Below are positions 61,877 through 64,000 of a stretch of DNA of 64,000 nt, one piece after another. Numbering within the stretch: the first letter of the stretch is position 1; every line of letters begins with the position of its first letter. The position numbers and the translations under genes are program-made. The stretch comes from an uncultured virus (IMG/VR IMGVR_UViG_3300030098_002069) (lineage: Duplodnaviria > Heunggongvirae > Uroviricota > Caudoviricetes). Where the stretch lies: the IMG/VR virus record IMGVR_UViG_3300030098_002069, positions 1 through 64,000 of that record; one strand, 5' to 3'. The notes under the pieces are model-generated. The model was not told the origin of the DNA and ran no database searches. It worked only from the letters and a program-made list of their open reading frames with translations.

Positions 61877-62692
61877 CTAGTCGCCGAATCCACCCATCAT
61901 ATAATCAGCTCCACCTATTGCTGTAGCACCACCAGCACCAGCTAATAACATTTGTGCTTGTTCTAAGCCAATGTTTAGTCTAGCAGCTAATTGAGCAGCA
62001 GCATCTGAAGCAGCCCTAGTTCCACCACGTACTAATTCTGGAGCCAGTCTTCTTGCACCTGCAACACCTCTAACACCAAGGTCTCTAGCACCTCTGGCAC
62101 CTCTAATTGCTAAATCTCTAGCACCTCTAACACCCCTAGCACCTTCATATCTTGCTCTATGATATAATGGACTTCCAGCTAGTCTATCTCTAGCACGACC
62201 TATAGCTTGTCTAGGATTCTGCATACCATATCTAAGATTATGATAGGCAGGACTTTTAGCTAATATGTCTGCACCTTTACCACCAATATTTCTACCTTGT
62301 TGGCTCATTTTTTGAGCTATCTGTCTTATTCTATCTTTTGGATTAACACTAGTACCCATATTCCAAACACCTCTAGCACCTTTTGCAGCTAGTCCTAAAC
62401 TACCACCAAATCCAGCTATAGTTCCTAGTCCACTTGCAAATTGGTCTAAACCAGTTTCACCATAGACAGACTCACCTCTTGATTGTGGCTCCCATTGGTC
62501 AGGCATTAGCAATCCTAATGTCATCATATCAAGAGCACTATAAGCACCCTTTGCTAAAGGTCTTGACTCTTTTCTAAAGTGCTGACCCATTTGTTTTGCC
62601 ATCATTGCAATAGCTTCTGCCTCATTATCGTTATAACGATTAGGGTTTCTATTGTAATCTATTAACAATGACCTCATTTGATCTCTGTTCAT
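61877..62692 (-). CDS. internal virion (ejection) protein with GAR repeats
   Basis: Gly/Ala-rich; N-terminus resembles that of the giant protein. Confidence 0.6.
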   Translation of the reverse strand: MNRDQMRSLLIDYNRNPNRYNDNEAEAIAMMAKQMGQHFRKESRPLAKGAYSALDMMTLGLLMPDQWEPQSRGESVYGETGLDQFASGLGTIAGFGGSLGLAAKGARGVWNMGTSVNPKDRIRQIAQKMSQQGRNIGGKGADILAKSPAYHNLRYGMQNPRQAIGRARDRLAGSPLYHRARYEGARGVRGARDLAIRGARGARDLGVRGVAGARRLAPELVRGGTRAASDAAAQLAARLNIGLEQAQMLLAGAGGATAIGGADYMMGGFGD

Positions 62693-62714
62693 TTTATTCT
62701 CCTGTTATTCTAAA

Positions 62715-63236
62715 TTACCAATTTATATCTGTTGCTTCTAATAAATTCATTGGAGTAGCAGCAGGATATTGAGTATTTATTATATTAGTTAATTCTGGAT
62801 ACCATTTAGTTATATGATCTGTGGCTCTTGGTTCATCTGGAATAAGGTGTCTACCAGCTTCTCTTGACCCACGTTCTGCTGCAGACTCAGTAAGAGGATT
62901 AGCATCAACCATCCATTGCATAAACCTATACCAAGGTGTTGCTCCATCAAGGTTTTCAGCCTGATTTCTCCTTCTCATAAAATCTACTTCATCTTCTTTC
63001 TTTTTTTGCTTTGCTTCAATAAAGCTACCTAATTCATCAAACATCTTATTTCTTTTATCCCAGTCTGTTTGCATCCTGCCTTCTCTAGCTTGATTTATAG
63101 CTAAATTACCTTCATTTACAGCAGCCTGTCTTTCATTTACACTAGCTTTTCTAGCTCCAAGAACAGCATCTAATAAACTTCTACTTCCTTCAGAACTATA
63201 ACCTGTCCAGCGTTGTTGCATTTGTGGTACTATCAT
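62715..63236 (-). CDS. probable internal virion protein
   Basis: In ejection-protein block; AVNE repeats. Confidence 0.5.
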   Translation of the reverse strand: MIVPQMQQRWTGYSSEGSRSLLDAVLGARKASVNERQAAVNEGNLAINQAREGRMQTDWDKRNKMFDELGSFIEAKQKKKEDEVDFMRRRNQAENLDGATPWYRFMQWMVDANPLTESAAERGSREAGRHLIPDEPRATDHITKWYPELTNIINTQYPAATPMNLLEATDINW

Positions 63237-63245
63237 ATTATTCTC

Positions 63246-63989
63246 CTAAGTTGTTTTGTTCATTCCTAAGAATGACCCACCTAAATTAAACAAGTTATTA
63301 CTCATATTGTTTCTCCAAGATGATTGTGCATTTTGATTCTGAACTTGTTGATTGTATTGTGCTTGTTTTAAATACTGATTATAAGTATTCTGATTTTGTG
63401 TATTAAATTGCTGATTAGCTAAAGCTCTTTGGTCTATTCCACTAGCAAATTGTCCACCTTGACCATAAGCTTGTGTAGCCATTTGACCAAACTGACCAGC
63501 CATACCAAGAGAAGTATTCATAATACCTTGCATACCCTGAGCATATTGATCTCCTGCTTGTCTATTAGTTACAGCATCATATACATTACCCATTCCCATA
63601 ACACCTCTAGCTGCCATTGCTGCATTCATATTGCCAATAGTTTGCTGTCTCATGTCTCCTACATTCTGTCTAAGGTTCTGAAACATTCTTTGATTATAAG
63701 AACCACTTGGATTTATCATATCTTGATAAGTATTTCTAAAATCTTTTCCTAGTCCAAAACTATTCTTTATACTTTGAGTTAAAAGTGGATTAGTTTGATA
63801 ATCACTCTTTGATAAATCAAAACTAAAGTCCTGATTTATATTCTCAGGCTTATTCATAGCCCCTGTTAACAAACCCATTCCAGCTGACGCTATTCCTAGA
63901 TACGGACTTGCTGCTGTTAAAAAACTACTCATATTAAAATTACTCCCTGTTGGTTGATTAGCTACTACATTTCCAGAAAAACCTGCCAT
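63246..63989 (-). CDS. probable DNA ejection/pilot protein
   Basis: Gly/Gln/Asn/Met-rich low-complexity protein with hydrophobic N-terminal helix. Confidence 0.6.
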   Translation of the reverse strand: MAGFSGNVVANQPTGSNFNMSSFLTAASPYLGIASAGMGLLTGAMNKPENINQDFSFDLSKSDYQTNPLLTQSIKNSFGLGKDFRNTYQDMINPSGSYNQRMFQNLRQNVGDMRQQTIGNMNAAMAARGVMGMGNVYDAVTNRQAGDQYAQGMQGIMNTSLGMAGQFGQMATQAYGQGGQFASGIDQRALANQQFNTQNQNTYNQYLKQAQYNQQVQNQNAQSSWRNNMSNNLFNLGGSFLGMNKTT

Positions 63990-64000
63990 AAGAGGAGAAT

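Noticed and set aside
1..64000. Stop-codon reassignment as in some crAss-like phages
   Set aside because: Long genes are intact under the standard code, and TAA, TAG and TGA all end genes at sensible boundaries

Overview
All 64 kb is AT-rich tailed-phage DNA, and it reads as two different podovirus-like genomes joined in tandem. Element A (about 1-19 kb, possibly up to about 22-26 kb) has TerS, TerL, a P22-like portal, scaffold, an N4-gp56/DUF4043-type capsid, adaptor and nozzle. It also has a short + strand early region and a replication/modification block (initiator with internal iterons, helicase-loader-like gene, two DNA methyltransferases, PD-(D/E)XK nucleases). Element B (about 19/26-64 kb) has its own TerS, TerL, portal, scaffold, a different capsid, a 15-kb + strand early/replication region (DUF932, Sak, SSB, primase-helicase, resolvase) and internal virion proteins. 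A lysis and LamG fibre block lies between them and cannot be assigned with certainty. Three 10-N gaps show this is a scaffold, so a chimera is a real possibility. The best candidate for a new system is in element B. A 3028-aa internal-virion protein carries two-barrel RNA polymerase motifs (DG, RTP, DKDSD) with an intact AlkB dioxygenase inserted into it. About 12 copies of a TTCCTYTATYTSTG motif, most following a hairpin, head the early cassettes. Several of those cassettes appear to be structured non-coding RNAs rather than protein genes. All family calls come from motif recognition by eye; no searches were run.
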